From assembly GCA_943787795.1 (NCBI GenBank), contig CALSNU010000006.1, forward strand, positions 352,001 through 416,000: 64,000 nt of DNA, given 5' to 3'. The notes under the pieces are model-generated. The model ran no database searches. It saw only the letters and a program-made list of their open reading frames with translations, and was not told the origin of the DNA. Below are positions 38,901 to 47,115 of the stretch, piece after piece. This DNA comes from an uncultured bacterium (GTDB taxonomy: Bacteria; Planctomycetota; UBA1135; GCA-002686595). The translations under genes and the position numbers were made by a program. The first letter of the stretch is position 1; every line of letters starts with the position of its first letter.

Positions 38901-39565
38901 TGGAGCGCCTTGAGCACGGGGACGTGAGCCCCTCGCGGCGCGTGCACCTCCGGAGCGAGCTGGCCCCTGGCCTCGCGGTAGATCGATGGCGACTGAAGGG
39001 CGAGATCGAGGGCGAAGCGGCGAGCCCAGGCCGCCGTGAGCAGTTGCTCGGGGCTCCGTGCGCCCTTTGATTCGCGCTCCCCGGCGAGGCGCACCAGCTC
39101 CGTTACCGCACGGGCCCGAGCGCGAGCGAGATCGGTGCCGACCTGCACGAGGTTCACCTCGTCGGCTTGGCCGTCGAAGGCGCCTCGAGGGGCCCGCGCG
39201 CCCGGCTTCCCCTTGGCGTCGACCACGAGGTCCGCCCAGGCGAGCGCCGCGCGGGCGAGGGCGTCGTCATCTCCCGCTCCGCGGGCCACCTCGGCCAACC
39301 CCAGGAGGGCCTCCCTGCGGACCTCCGGGTCCCCCGCCACCGCCCGCTCAAAGTGCCCCGTCGCGCTCTCCTGCTCGCCCCTCTCCAGGGCCTGCTGTCC
39401 GGCCTTGAGGGCCTTCTCCGCCTCCGACTTCCGATCCGGGCTGGACCCCTCCAGGGCGAGGGGCGTCACGCCGGCGACGGGGGCCATGGCGCCCCCTGGA
39501 AGGAGCGTCGCCGCGGGAGCACCCGCCGCGAGCGGGGCGAGGACGGTGATGAGGAGTGCGAACAT
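35996..39565 (-). CDS. Large secreted protein (about 1190 aa) with a TPR-like N-terminus and a gluzincin HExxH motif
   Basis: Signal-like MFALLITVLAP; LTHELTHRF..PAWLAEG..NYSVG..LY; beta-rich C-terminal part. Confidence 0.75.
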   Translation of the reverse strand: MFALLITVLAPLAAGAPAATLLPGGAMAPVAGVTPLALEGSSPDRKSEAEKALKAGQQALERGEQESATGHFERAVAGDPEVRREALLGLAEVARGAGDDDALARAALAWADLVVDAKGKPGARAPRGAFDGQADEVNLVQVGTDLARARARAVTELVRLAGERESKGARSPEQLLTAAWARRFALDLALQSPSIYREARGQLAPEVHAPRGAHVPVLKALQRLAEDALSRSQPGLALRAARIMRGLGAQADFKDLRGPRPGGMPRWRSKGAELAARARQRMVNDSDKPWTVEELEWLASDEGEAFTRKHSDFSEPGVAVSPRGWYRVESDCGYETLLGVASTVEKHHERLVAYFGSDPFNGRTPRQGIVRIVPDPSGLEAEGAPFFWAGGFQGGDTTVLQFSVGTIPGLGRGLTHELTHRFDGALHPGIPAWLAEGRATWTGAAYAFTDDPEFAFDHCSPGTLRGVLGRGAAGLGRLEALLRGEPEDYRENYSVGNALYVFLRTWFEGDARKLSGGTPIFAERLAAFEDSGDHSSSPKGRLDDFEEQFCDGEDGRPSSVDGFQEMFFEFLAGFDVEEPADWTARYRSGFPKTEKGTWVYDEPTWTWDWNRAEPLFGQNQAREAGLLLADHGDRDAAIRALVWARAVDGYDRRISQGLKQALGVPSRPTTYELEALWVTAHESRGEPFSGVLMEAPGSPFPSRLLAVSDYHKQVLAAAEVLRGAGLQGSSARLRLEGLRVAAWAGIQDKREAVEAALPATPLPGLSVGLTGWRDEELTSLDKNRPKRLYRIEPDGSLLLGRRERQAGTGDMDRRGGGKSFLRADRWMLPGSYSISTRVSFTTGSNSFLAVLGWTSRERNVRLRLTATDWDYARGEKDSSAEFKSVNWAFDGLRPRDSGLPGSARAGAVTVTKSQTSVQLELLVEGSAVSAWIAGEYAGTYHTIDGAPIEGYVGFGTASGAVALSPPIARRTDGEPARAAGVTSDLAALDLSRGTGPSFEKVNNQRVLFQGGRAPSSNGTLLLWIPAHSKSEGIRQRRTGSTGDGAIVSRTRKTAVSLIERMVRRDIVQPMVLLLPERLSEEAVKAGLAEELAEAAGELPAPTILFHRVAVEDPVDAAAGIDQGRRWIMFLDASDIVREAQPWIGAVALDNPIIDHWLTVFRDHGRPDRPLPEVVREPEEDEDELDEDGD

Positions 39566-39647
39566 GGAGCCTGGCGCTGGGCGGAATGACGAACGGACTG
39601 GGAAGCCAACCTGGAGCGATACCGCTGGGTTGTGCCAGGATAACCCC

Positions 39648-40607
39648 ATGCTTCTCTCCCACCATTGGCTCCCCGCCTCCTCTGGCCTCGCAGCCCTCTG
39701 CCTCGCGTCCTGCGCATCCCACTCCTCAGGGACGGGCCCGCTGGAGGTTGACGAGGCGAGCTGGGCCGCCACCGGAGCGGAGCTCCCCGTCGCGCTCCTG
39801 CGAACGCCCGGCCAGGAGCGCATCTCCATCGAGGAGGCCGCCGACGAGCTCGCCGACGCGGACGTCATCTTCCTCGGCGAGCAGCATGACTCCGCAGAGG
39901 GACACGCTGTCCAGCTGGCCCTGACCAAGGCCATCGCCGAACGCAGGGGCCGCATCGTCCTCTCCATGGAGATGCTCGAACGCGACAGCCAACGGCTCCT
40001 GGACATGTACCTGAGGGGAGAGATCGACCAGGAGGCGTTCCGGTCCGCCGCGCGCCTGTGGCCCAATTACCAGGCGCACTACGAGCCCGCTGTGGAGTTC
40101 GCGCGAGAGGGCGGGCACGACGTCCTCGCGGCGAACGTGTACCGGCCCGTGGCCTCCAGGGTCGCCCGACAGGGACTCGACTCCGCCATGGGCGAAGTCT
40201 GGGCAGCGTCGAGCGTGGATACGTCACCCGGCGAGTACCGGGACCGCTTCGACGCGGTCATGTCGGGCCATGGAGGGATGGACGAGGCCGTGATGGACCG
40301 CTTCTTCGCTGCCCAGTGCATCAAGGACGACACCATGGCGGAGAGCATCGCCCGGCGCCTCGCCTGCGACCCTGGGGACCCGCCCGTGGTCATTCACTGG
40401 AACGGCCGCTTCCACAGCGACTACGGGCTCGGCACCGTCGAGCGCCTCCGCGCGCGCCAGCCCGACCTGAACATCGCCGTGGTCTCCATGCTCACGGACG
40501 TGCAGCTCTCGCGGCCCCTGGCCGAGGAGGCCCTGAACCAGGGGCACTACATCATCCTGGTCCAGGCCCCCAGAGAGGGCGAGTCAGAGAGCCGGACAGC
40601 GGACTAG
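39648..40607 (+). CDS. ChaN family (cofactor/heme-binding) lipoprotein
   Basis: LCLASC lipobox; ADVIFLGEQHD, LSMEM, Q..LD.YL.GEI, LWPNY..HY.P, AQCIKDDTMAESI and GRFH motifs. Confidence 0.88.
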   Translation: MLLSHHWLPASSGLAALCLASCASHSSGTGPLEVDEASWAATGAELPVALLRTPGQERISIEEAADELADADVIFLGEQHDSAEGHAVQLALTKAIAERRGRIVLSMEMLERDSQRLLDMYLRGEIDQEAFRSAARLWPNYQAHYEPAVEFAREGGHDVLAANVYRPVASRVARQGLDSAMGEVWAASSVDTSPGEYRDRFDAVMSGHGGMDEAVMDRFFAAQCIKDDTMAESIARRLACDPGDPPVVIHWNGRFHSDYGLGTVERLRARQPDLNIAVVSMLTDVQLSRPLAEEALNQGHYIILVQAPREGESESRTAD

Positions 40608-41365
40608 GCGGACTCGGAGCCCTCGAGCCAGCGCTCGAGTTCCCCGGCGAGCGCGGCGGGTTGGAGCTCACTCGTGGGGAGGTGTCGGTCGGCCATCGCA
40701 TACCGCCCCTCGCGCCGATCAAGGATCTCCCGCAGCTCGTCCAGCGCCCGCGGGTGCCCCTCCATCGGCCGATGATCCCCCTGGTCGAGAACCCGCTGGA
40801 GATGCTCCTCGGGACGGGCGGAGAGCCAAACGGTCCGGCAGGTGGAGCGGAGCCGCGCGTAGGTCTCCGCGCTCGCCACGATGGAGCCGCCGGTGGCGAT
40901 GACCACCCGCTGCCCCTCCGCCAGCACCTCCTCAAGGGCCTCTCGTTCGAAGGCCCGATAGCCCTCGGTGCCCTGTAGGTCGAAGATGGCCGCGAGGGAG
41001 AGCCCCGCCAGGCGCTCGATCCGCTCGTCGAGTTCCACGAAGGGGACCTCCAAGGAGCGCGCGAGCGCCGCCCCGACGGAGGACTTCCCGGCGCCTCGAA
41101 GCCCGATGAGCGCCACCCGCTCCGTGCGGCCGCCAGCCGTCGGGAGATCGCACAGGTCCCGCAGCGGCAGTCCGAGGGCCGCGGCCAGCTGGGCGAGCTT
41201 GAGCACCGTGAGGTTGGCGCGGCCCGCCTCGGCCTCGGTCACGTAGCGCCGCGACAAATCAGCGCACTCCGCGAGCTCGGTCACCGTGAAACCCCGCTGC
41301 TCCCGCTCCATGCGCAGGCGCTGGCCCAGGGCCCGAAGGAGCAAATTATCGTCTTGTCGAACCAT
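40604..41365 (-). CDS. boxR: BzdR/BoxR-type regulator (XRE HTH + shikimate-kinase-like domain)
   Basis: N-terminal HTH (LSRRYV...E.GRAN), then ALIGLRGAGKSSVG, IATGGSIV and EEHLQRV..QGD.RPM; divergent from boxC. Confidence 0.88.
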   Translation of the reverse strand: MVRQDDNLLLRALGQRLRMEREQRGFTVTELAECADLSRRYVTEAEAGRANLTVLKLAQLAAALGLPLRDLCDLPTAGGRTERVALIGLRGAGKSSVGAALARSLEVPFVELDERIERLAGLSLAAIFDLQGTEGYRAFEREALEEVLAEGQRVVIATGGSIVASAETYARLRSTCRTVWLSARPEEHLQRVLDQGDHRPMEGHPRALDELREILDRREGRYAMADRHLPTSELQPAALAGELERWLEGSESA

Positions 41366-41370
41366 GACAA

Positions 41371-41429
41371 GGAAACTATAGTTCACAGCAGAGGTGGCTG
41401 TGGGATTTATATTTCCCACGCCAGCCACC
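41371..41429. promoter_or_regulatory. Candidate BoxR operator palindromes in the boxR-boxC divergent promoter
   Basis: AACTATAGTT palindrome (41374-41383) and inverted repeat GGTGGCTG-TGGGA-tttatatt-TCCCA-cgc-CAGCCACC (41393-41429); AT-rich relative to the rest of the window. Confidence 0.5.
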
Positions 41430-41473
41430 CCACCGTTCACCGCCCATCCCTGCACACCGACCCGATCGTGACG

Positions 41474-43147
41474 ATGACCGAAGCCACCACTGCCGCCCCC
41501 GACGTCCTCGAGGGCGCGGCCATCGACTTCGAAGTCCAGCCCTCAGAGTACCGCCACTGGACGCTGGCGGTCGACGGGGACGTCGCAACGCTGAGCATGG
41601 CCGTGGAGCCCTTTGGCGGCCTCGGGGGGAAGGACTACGAGCTCAAGCTGAACAGCTATGACCTGCGGGTCGACATCGAGCTCGCCGACGCGATTCAGCG
41701 GCTGCGCTTCGAGCATCCCCAGGTGCGGGCCGTGGTGGTCACGGGCGCCCTCGACCGCGTCTTCTGCGCCGGAGCCAACATCGTGATGCTCCGCAGCAGC
41801 GCCCACGCCTTCAAGGTCAACTTCTGCAAGTTCACCAACGAGACCCGCCTCGGGATCGAGGACGCCTCGGAGAACTCCAACCTGAAGTTCCTCGCCGCGC
41901 TCAACGGGACGGCCTCCGGCGGCGGCTATGAGCTCGCGCTCGCCTGCGACCGGATCCTCCTTGTGGACGACCGCAACAGCGCCGTCTCCTTCCCCGAGGT
42001 GCCCCTGCTGGGCGTCCTGCCCGGCACCGGCGGCCTCACGCGGATCACGGACAAGCGCAAGATCCGTCGCGATCGCTGCGACGTCTTCTCCAGCGTGGCC
42101 GAGGGCATCAAGGGCAAGCGCGCCGTGGAGTGGGACCTCGTCGATCGCGTGGCGCCCCTCTCCAAGTGGGAAGAGACCGTCGCCGAGGAGGCCCGAGCCC
42201 TCGCCGACCAGTGTGAGGATCGCTCCGAGACGACCGGGGTCGTGCTGCCGAAGCTGGGCGCCGAGGTCGAGGGGCAGGACCGCAAGTACGAGTATGTGAG
42301 CCTGGAGATCCAGGAGGCCGACCGGACGGCGACCCTGACCATCCATGCGCCCGATGGCTGCCCCGCCACCGAGGCTGAGGCCTTCGCAGCCGGCGCGGAC
42401 TGGTGGCTCCTGCAGGCCTTCCGCGAGCTCGACGACGCCCTGCTCCACCTGCGCATGAACCTGCGCGACGTGGCCCTGGTCCTCATCCGAGCCACCGGGA
42501 GCGCGGAGACGGTGCGCGCGACCGACGAGCTCATCGCCGGCGCGGACCACTGGTTCGTGCGCGAGACCCGCCAGTTCGTGAAGCGCGTCCTCAAGCGCCT
42601 CGACGTCTCCGCCAAGAGCTTCTACGCCGTCGCCGACGGCGGCACGAACTTCACCGGGACCTTCCTCGAGATGGCGCTCGCCAGCGACCGGATCTACCTG
42701 CTGGACGACCCCGACACGGAGGTCCAGGTGGGCGTCACCGTGGCGAACGCCGGCATGTTCCCCATGTCCAACGGGATCTCGCGTCTCGAGACGCGCTTCC
42801 TGGGCGACCCGGAGCGTGTCCCCGCCGTGCTCGCCGAGATGCGGCAGCTCCAGGCGGAGGAGGCCAACGAGCTCGGCCTCGCCACGTTCGCCCCCGACGA
42901 AATCGACTGGGAAGACGAGCTGCGCCTCGCCATCGAGGAGCGCGCCAGCTTCTCCCCCGACGCCCTCACCGGCATGGAGGCGAACCTGCGCTTCGCCGGA
43001 CCGGAGACCATGGAGACCAAGATCTTCGGTCGCCTCACCGCCTGGCAGAACTGGATCTTCCAGCGCCCCAACGCGGTCGGCGAGCGCGGCGCCCTGAGCT
43101 GCTATGGGACGCCCATGAGGCCCGAGTTCAACGTCGAGCGCACCTGA
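41474..43147 (+). CDS. boxC: 2,3-epoxybenzoyl-CoA dihydrolase (benzoyl-CoA-dihydrodiol lyase)
   Basis: YELKLNSYDL.VDIEL.DAIQRLRFEHP, KVNFCKFTNETR, PEVPLLGVLPGTGG and METKIFGRLTAWQNWIFQRPNAVG motifs. Confidence 0.96.
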   Translation: MTEATTAAPDVLEGAAIDFEVQPSEYRHWTLAVDGDVATLSMAVEPFGGLGGKDYELKLNSYDLRVDIELADAIQRLRFEHPQVRAVVVTGALDRVFCAGANIVMLRSSAHAFKVNFCKFTNETRLGIEDASENSNLKFLAALNGTASGGGYELALACDRILLVDDRNSAVSFPEVPLLGVLPGTGGLTRITDKRKIRRDRCDVFSSVAEGIKGKRAVEWDLVDRVAPLSKWEETVAEEARALADQCEDRSETTGVVLPKLGAEVEGQDRKYEYVSLEIQEADRTATLTIHAPDGCPATEAEAFAAGADWWLLQAFRELDDALLHLRMNLRDVALVLIRATGSAETVRATDELIAGADHWFVRETRQFVKRVLKRLDVSAKSFYAVADGGTNFTGTFLEMALASDRIYLLDDPDTEVQVGVTVANAGMFPMSNGISRLETRFLGDPERVPAVLAEMRQLQAEEANELGLATFAPDEIDWEDELRLAIEERASFSPDALTGMEANLRFAGPETMETKIFGRLTAWQNWIFQRPNAVGERGALSCYGTPMRPEFNVERT

Positions 43148-43268
43148 TCCACCCAGCACACCTAACCAGTACACCCACCCCGCGCAGCACCAGCGCGACG
43201 CGCCCGAGGGGGCGCGTGAATCGCAGCGGTGCCGCGCGCAGACACCTCAAACCAACACGGAGACCAAC

Positions 43269-44687
43269 ATGGCCGGAATTGACTACTCACAGAAGATCCC
43301 GAACAACGTGGATCTGAAGTCGGACAAGCGCCTTCAGCGGGCGCTCGAGCGCTGGCAGCCTGACTACCTCGACTGGTGGCGGGACATGGGCCCGACCGAC
43401 TTCAACGAGAACGACGTCTACCTGCGCACCGCCGTCAGCGTGGACCGCGACGGCTGGGCGAACTTCGACTACGTCAAGATGCCCGACTATCGCTGGGGCA
43501 TCTTCCTCACCCCGACGGAGGCCGGCGGCAAGATCGGCTTCGGCGACCACCAGGGCGAGGATGTCTGGGAGCAGGTCCCCGGCGAGTACCGCAACTGGCT
43601 GCGACGCCTCATCGTCACCCAGGCCGACACGGAGCCGGCGTCGGTCGAGCAGCAGCGCCTGCTGGGCCTCACCGCGCCCTCCATGTACGACCTCCGGAAC
43701 CTCTTCCAGGTCAACGTCGAGGAAGGCCGCCACCTGTGGGCGATGGTCTACCTCCTCCACAGCTACTTCGGGAAGGACGGACGCGAGGAGGCCTCGGAGC
43801 TCCTCGAGCGCCGCTCCGGCAACGCGGACCACCCGCGGATCCTCTCGACGTTCAACGAGCCCTGCCATGACTGGCTGAGCTTCTTCTGCTTCACGATGTT
43901 CACGGACCGTGACGGCAAGTTCCAGCTGCTCTCGCTCGCTGAGTCGGGCTTCGAGCCCCTGGCGCGCACGACCCAGTTCATGCTCACCGAGGAGGCCCAC
44001 CATATGTTCGTGGGCCAGACAGGCATCGCGCGGATCATCCGCCGGACCTGTGAGGTCCTCAAGGAGAACCCCGACGCGGACCTGCACGCCGAGGGCGTGA
44101 TTCCGCTCGAGACGATCCAGCGCTACATCAACTACTGGGCGGCTTCGTCCCTCGACCTGTTCGGCGCGGAGATCTCCAGCAACTCGGCGAACTTCTTCGG
44201 GGCCGGCATCAAGGGCCGCGCCTACGAGAAGAAGAACTACGACGAGCACAGCGCCCTCGACCAGGGCTACGCCCTGGATCGCCTCGTGGAAGGCGAGGTG
44301 AAGCCTGACGAGGTCCCCCTGCGTAACGCGATGAACGAGGTCCTGCGCGACGCGTACGTGAAGGACAACCTCAAGGGCATCGCGTACTGGAACAAGGAGA
44401 CCGCCAAGGCGGGCATCGACTTCCAGTTCACCTATCCGCACCGCCGGTTCAACCGGGCCGTCGGCGAGTGGTCCGGCGGGTGCTTCCACCTGCACACCGG
44501 CGACAAGATGTCGAAGGACGCGTACGAGGCGGCCTGCCAGGACTGGCTCCCGAGCCAGGGAGAGGCCGACTACGTGCGCAGCCTCATGAAGCCCTGCACC
44601 GAGCCCGGCAAGTTCGCCAACTGGATCGCCCCGCCCCTGCGCGGCATCAACAGCCAGGCCGTGGACTTCGAGTACGTGAAGCTCTGA
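43269..44687 (+). CDS. boxB: Benzoyl-CoA 2,3-epoxidase subunit B (diiron)
   Basis: IPNNVDL, VYLRTAVSV, YVKMPDYRWGIF, DTEPASVEQQ, VEEGRHLWAMVYLL and LTEEAHHMFVG motifs. Confidence 0.97.
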   Translation: MAGIDYSQKIPNNVDLKSDKRLQRALERWQPDYLDWWRDMGPTDFNENDVYLRTAVSVDRDGWANFDYVKMPDYRWGIFLTPTEAGGKIGFGDHQGEDVWEQVPGEYRNWLRRLIVTQADTEPASVEQQRLLGLTAPSMYDLRNLFQVNVEEGRHLWAMVYLLHSYFGKDGREEASELLERRSGNADHPRILSTFNEPCHDWLSFFCFTMFTDRDGKFQLLSLAESGFEPLARTTQFMLTEEAHHMFVGQTGIARIIRRTCEVLKENPDADLHAEGVIPLETIQRYINYWAASSLDLFGAEISSNSANFFGAGIKGRAYEKKNYDEHSALDQGYALDRLVEGEVKPDEVPLRNAMNEVLRDAYVKDNLKGIAYWNKETAKAGIDFQFTYPHRRFNRAVGEWSGGCFHLHTGDKMSKDAYEAACQDWLPSQGEADYVRSLMKPCTEPGKFANWIAPPLRGINSQAVDFEYVKL

Positions 44688-44704
44688 TTCGATACTCCTG
44701 AGCC

Positions 44705-44741
44705 CGCGCCCCGGTGGTCCCCTTGGGATCGCCGGGGCGCG
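44705..44741 (+). terminator. Strong hairpin after boxB (probable terminator, no U-tract)
   Basis: CGCGCCCCGGTGGTCCC-ctt-GGGATCGCCGGGGCGCG: 17-bp stem with two G-U pairs, 17 nt after the stop. Confidence 0.65.
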
Positions 44742-45463
44742 TCCGTTCGTCACGGAGGGACTCCGCTTCGATGGCCTCCTGACGGCTCAAGATGGCGCCC
44801 CTGACCGCCGCAGAGCTCACCGCCGCCATCCGCCTTTGTGACGTTGGCACCGTCCGGTGACGCCCCCCTCCGAACACTGGCAGCCCTGCACCCTGGTTGC
44901 CCCCGGGGCCGAGCTGGCCGATGCGGAACGCGAGGCCCACCGCCACCTTCTCCAGAAGGGCCGTGATCCACCGAGGCGTGAAGAGATCTTGATTCGCTGA
45001 GGCTAGAGGCTCGCCACATGGCCTCCGCCACTTCCTCGGCCCGAGCGGCGTGGGTTCTGGACAGGGGAGGCTCGATTCCGAGCGGCTCCAGGGTCTCCAC
45101 CGGCGACAAGCCGCTGACTGGCCCGGCCACCCAGCGAGCGCCTGCTCCTCGGGCGCTCCTGCTCGGGACCCTGCACGAGCAGGGGATGCGCCGGCCCGTA
45201 CGCGAGCGCGTCTTCGCCGGCGGCCAGGCACAGAAACAGCTCTCCGCCTCGAGTCCGCTCGTCTCGTTCGTGGAAACCTGCAGGGCGCCCATCGCCGAGA
45301 CGCCCTCAGGCGCCCTCGCGTGCGGGATGTCGGTGGGCAGACTCCACCTGAACGACGCAGGCTATAAAGAGGGCGCTTCCTGGACCCCGGAAGCCGATGA
45401 GGGGGCTGGGGACCTGCTCCGACCTTGACGCGTGTCTCCCTCTCCCGTCCCGTTGCTCCCCCA

Positions 45464-45538
45464 ACCGATGGAATCTTCACCGACGGGACCTTCACCGACC
45501 GACTCTTCGCCGACTGTTTGCCCCCCGACTGGTTCCCC
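45464..45538. repeat. Degenerate 15-bp tandem repeat (ACCGACnnnnnCTTC-like x5)
   Basis: Read directly upstream of the flippase gene. Confidence 0.6.
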
Positions 45539-45579
45539 GCCCACCGGCTCATCGCCCCCGCCTCACTAAGAACCGCGCC

Positions 45580-47115
45580 GTGCTTCGCAGCGTCTCCTCG
45601 AACTGGATCCTGAACGCCATTCAAATCGGTGTCTTCATGGTCTTGACGCCGTTCACCTTCGGCGCCCTGGGCACCGAGGCGTTCGGCATCTGGGAGGTCA
45701 TCGTCTCGACGGCCGCCCCCATACAGCTCCTGGCGCTCGGCCTCCCCATGGCCACGGTCCGCGCCGTCAGCAGCTCGATCAACAGAGATGACCCGGACGC
45801 AGCGGGGAGGGCCGCTGGGACAGCGTTCAGCATGACGCTGATCCTTGGGCTCGTGGCCGCTGCCATCAGCGCGGCGCTCTACGGCGGATTTTCGGCGCTC
45901 CTGCTCACCCGCGACGGTTGGAGCGGACTCTCCGAGGCCACCATCAGGGACGCCCGCCTCGCCATTCTCATCATCCTCGGCAATGCGTCGGCGGGGTTCG
46001 CCCTCTCCCTGCCGTACGCGCTGTTCGACGCGCACCAGGACTTTGTTGCCCGCAACCTGATCAAGGCCGCCGGGCTCTTTGTGAAGCTCGGCGTGACCGT
46101 GCTCGCGCTCACCTGGCGCGCTGATCTCGCGATCCTCGCCGCCGTCCAGATTGGCGTTGCGCTCCTCGAATTCATCATCGCCATGGTGGTTTCGAACCGC
46201 CGCCACCCAAAGGTGCCTGTGAGGCCGCGGGCGATCCGCTGGCGAGAGGCCAAGGGCCTGCTGTCGTTCAGCGTGTTCGCGTTCCTGATGAATATGGGGG
46301 CCACGCTCGCCTTCCAGGTCGACGCCCTCGTGATCGGCCTGAACGCGGAGCCCGCGGCGGCCGCGGTCTACGGGATCGGCAACAAGATCTTTGATCCGTT
46401 CATCAACATCCTGCTCGCCATCGGGATGGTCCTCATGCCCTTGGCGGCCACCGCGAAGAGCCAGGGCGACACCGCGGGTGTACGGCAGGCCTTCCTCAAG
46501 TGGTCAAAGATCGCGGCTACGCTCGTGCTCATGATCGGCGGCTTTCTGATGGTCCTGGGGCCGGCCTTCCTGTCTGCCTGGATCGGCGAGGGCTACGACG
46601 AGGAATCGGGGCGGCTGATGCAGATCCTGATGCTGTCCTTCTTCTTCTTCCTGCCCATTCGAGGCGTGGCGCTGCCCGCGCTCATGGGCCTTGGAAAGGC
46701 GCGCGCTCCGGGATTCGGCCTGCTCGCCATGGGCCTCGGAAACCTCGTGCTGAGTGTCATTCTGGTCGGGCCCTACGGACTGACCGGTGTAGCTCTCGGG
46801 ACCGCGATCCCCAATGTTCTCTTCGCGGCCGTCCTCGCCAAGATCGCCTGCCGGTCGATGGGCATCTCGACTCGTCACTGGCTCGGCTATACCTTCGGCA
46901 AGCCCGTGGTCGCCTCAATGGTTGCCATCGGAGCCCTCTACGTCGCCGCGTCCGTCATCTCGATCAGCACTTTCCCCGAGCTGATCATGACGGGCGCCCT
47001 CTACACCGGACTCTTCATCACCCTCGCGCTGACTTATGCTTTCGCAGGTGACCCGCACCTGGACACCTCACCCGTCATGAGCCGCATCCCCTTTCTGTCG
47101 AAGCGACTCCGATGA
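45580..47115 (+). CDS. Oligosaccharide flippase (Wzx/MOP superfamily)
   Basis: Many TM helices; LTPF....LG.EAFGIW, D.LVIG, AAVYG and GPYGLTGVALGT motifs; GTG at 45580. Confidence 0.88.
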   Translation: MLRSVSSNWILNAIQIGVFMVLTPFTFGALGTEAFGIWEVIVSTAAPIQLLALGLPMATVRAVSSSINRDDPDAAGRAAGTAFSMTLILGLVAAAISAALYGGFSALLLTRDGWSGLSEATIRDARLAILIILGNASAGFALSLPYALFDAHQDFVARNLIKAAGLFVKLGVTVLALTWRADLAILAAVQIGVALLEFIIAMVVSNRRHPKVPVRPRAIRWREAKGLLSFSVFAFLMNMGATLAFQVDALVIGLNAEPAAAAVYGIGNKIFDPFINILLAIGMVLMPLAATAKSQGDTAGVRQAFLKWSKIAATLVLMIGGFLMVLGPAFLSAWIGEGYDEESGRLMQILMLSFFFFLPIRGVALPALMGLGKARAPGFGLLAMGLGNLVLSVILVGPYGLTGVALGTAIPNVLFAAVLAKIACRSMGISTRHWLGYTFGKPVVASMVAIGALYVAASVISISTFPELIMTGALYTGLFITLALTYAFAGDPHLDTSPVMSRIPFLSKRLR

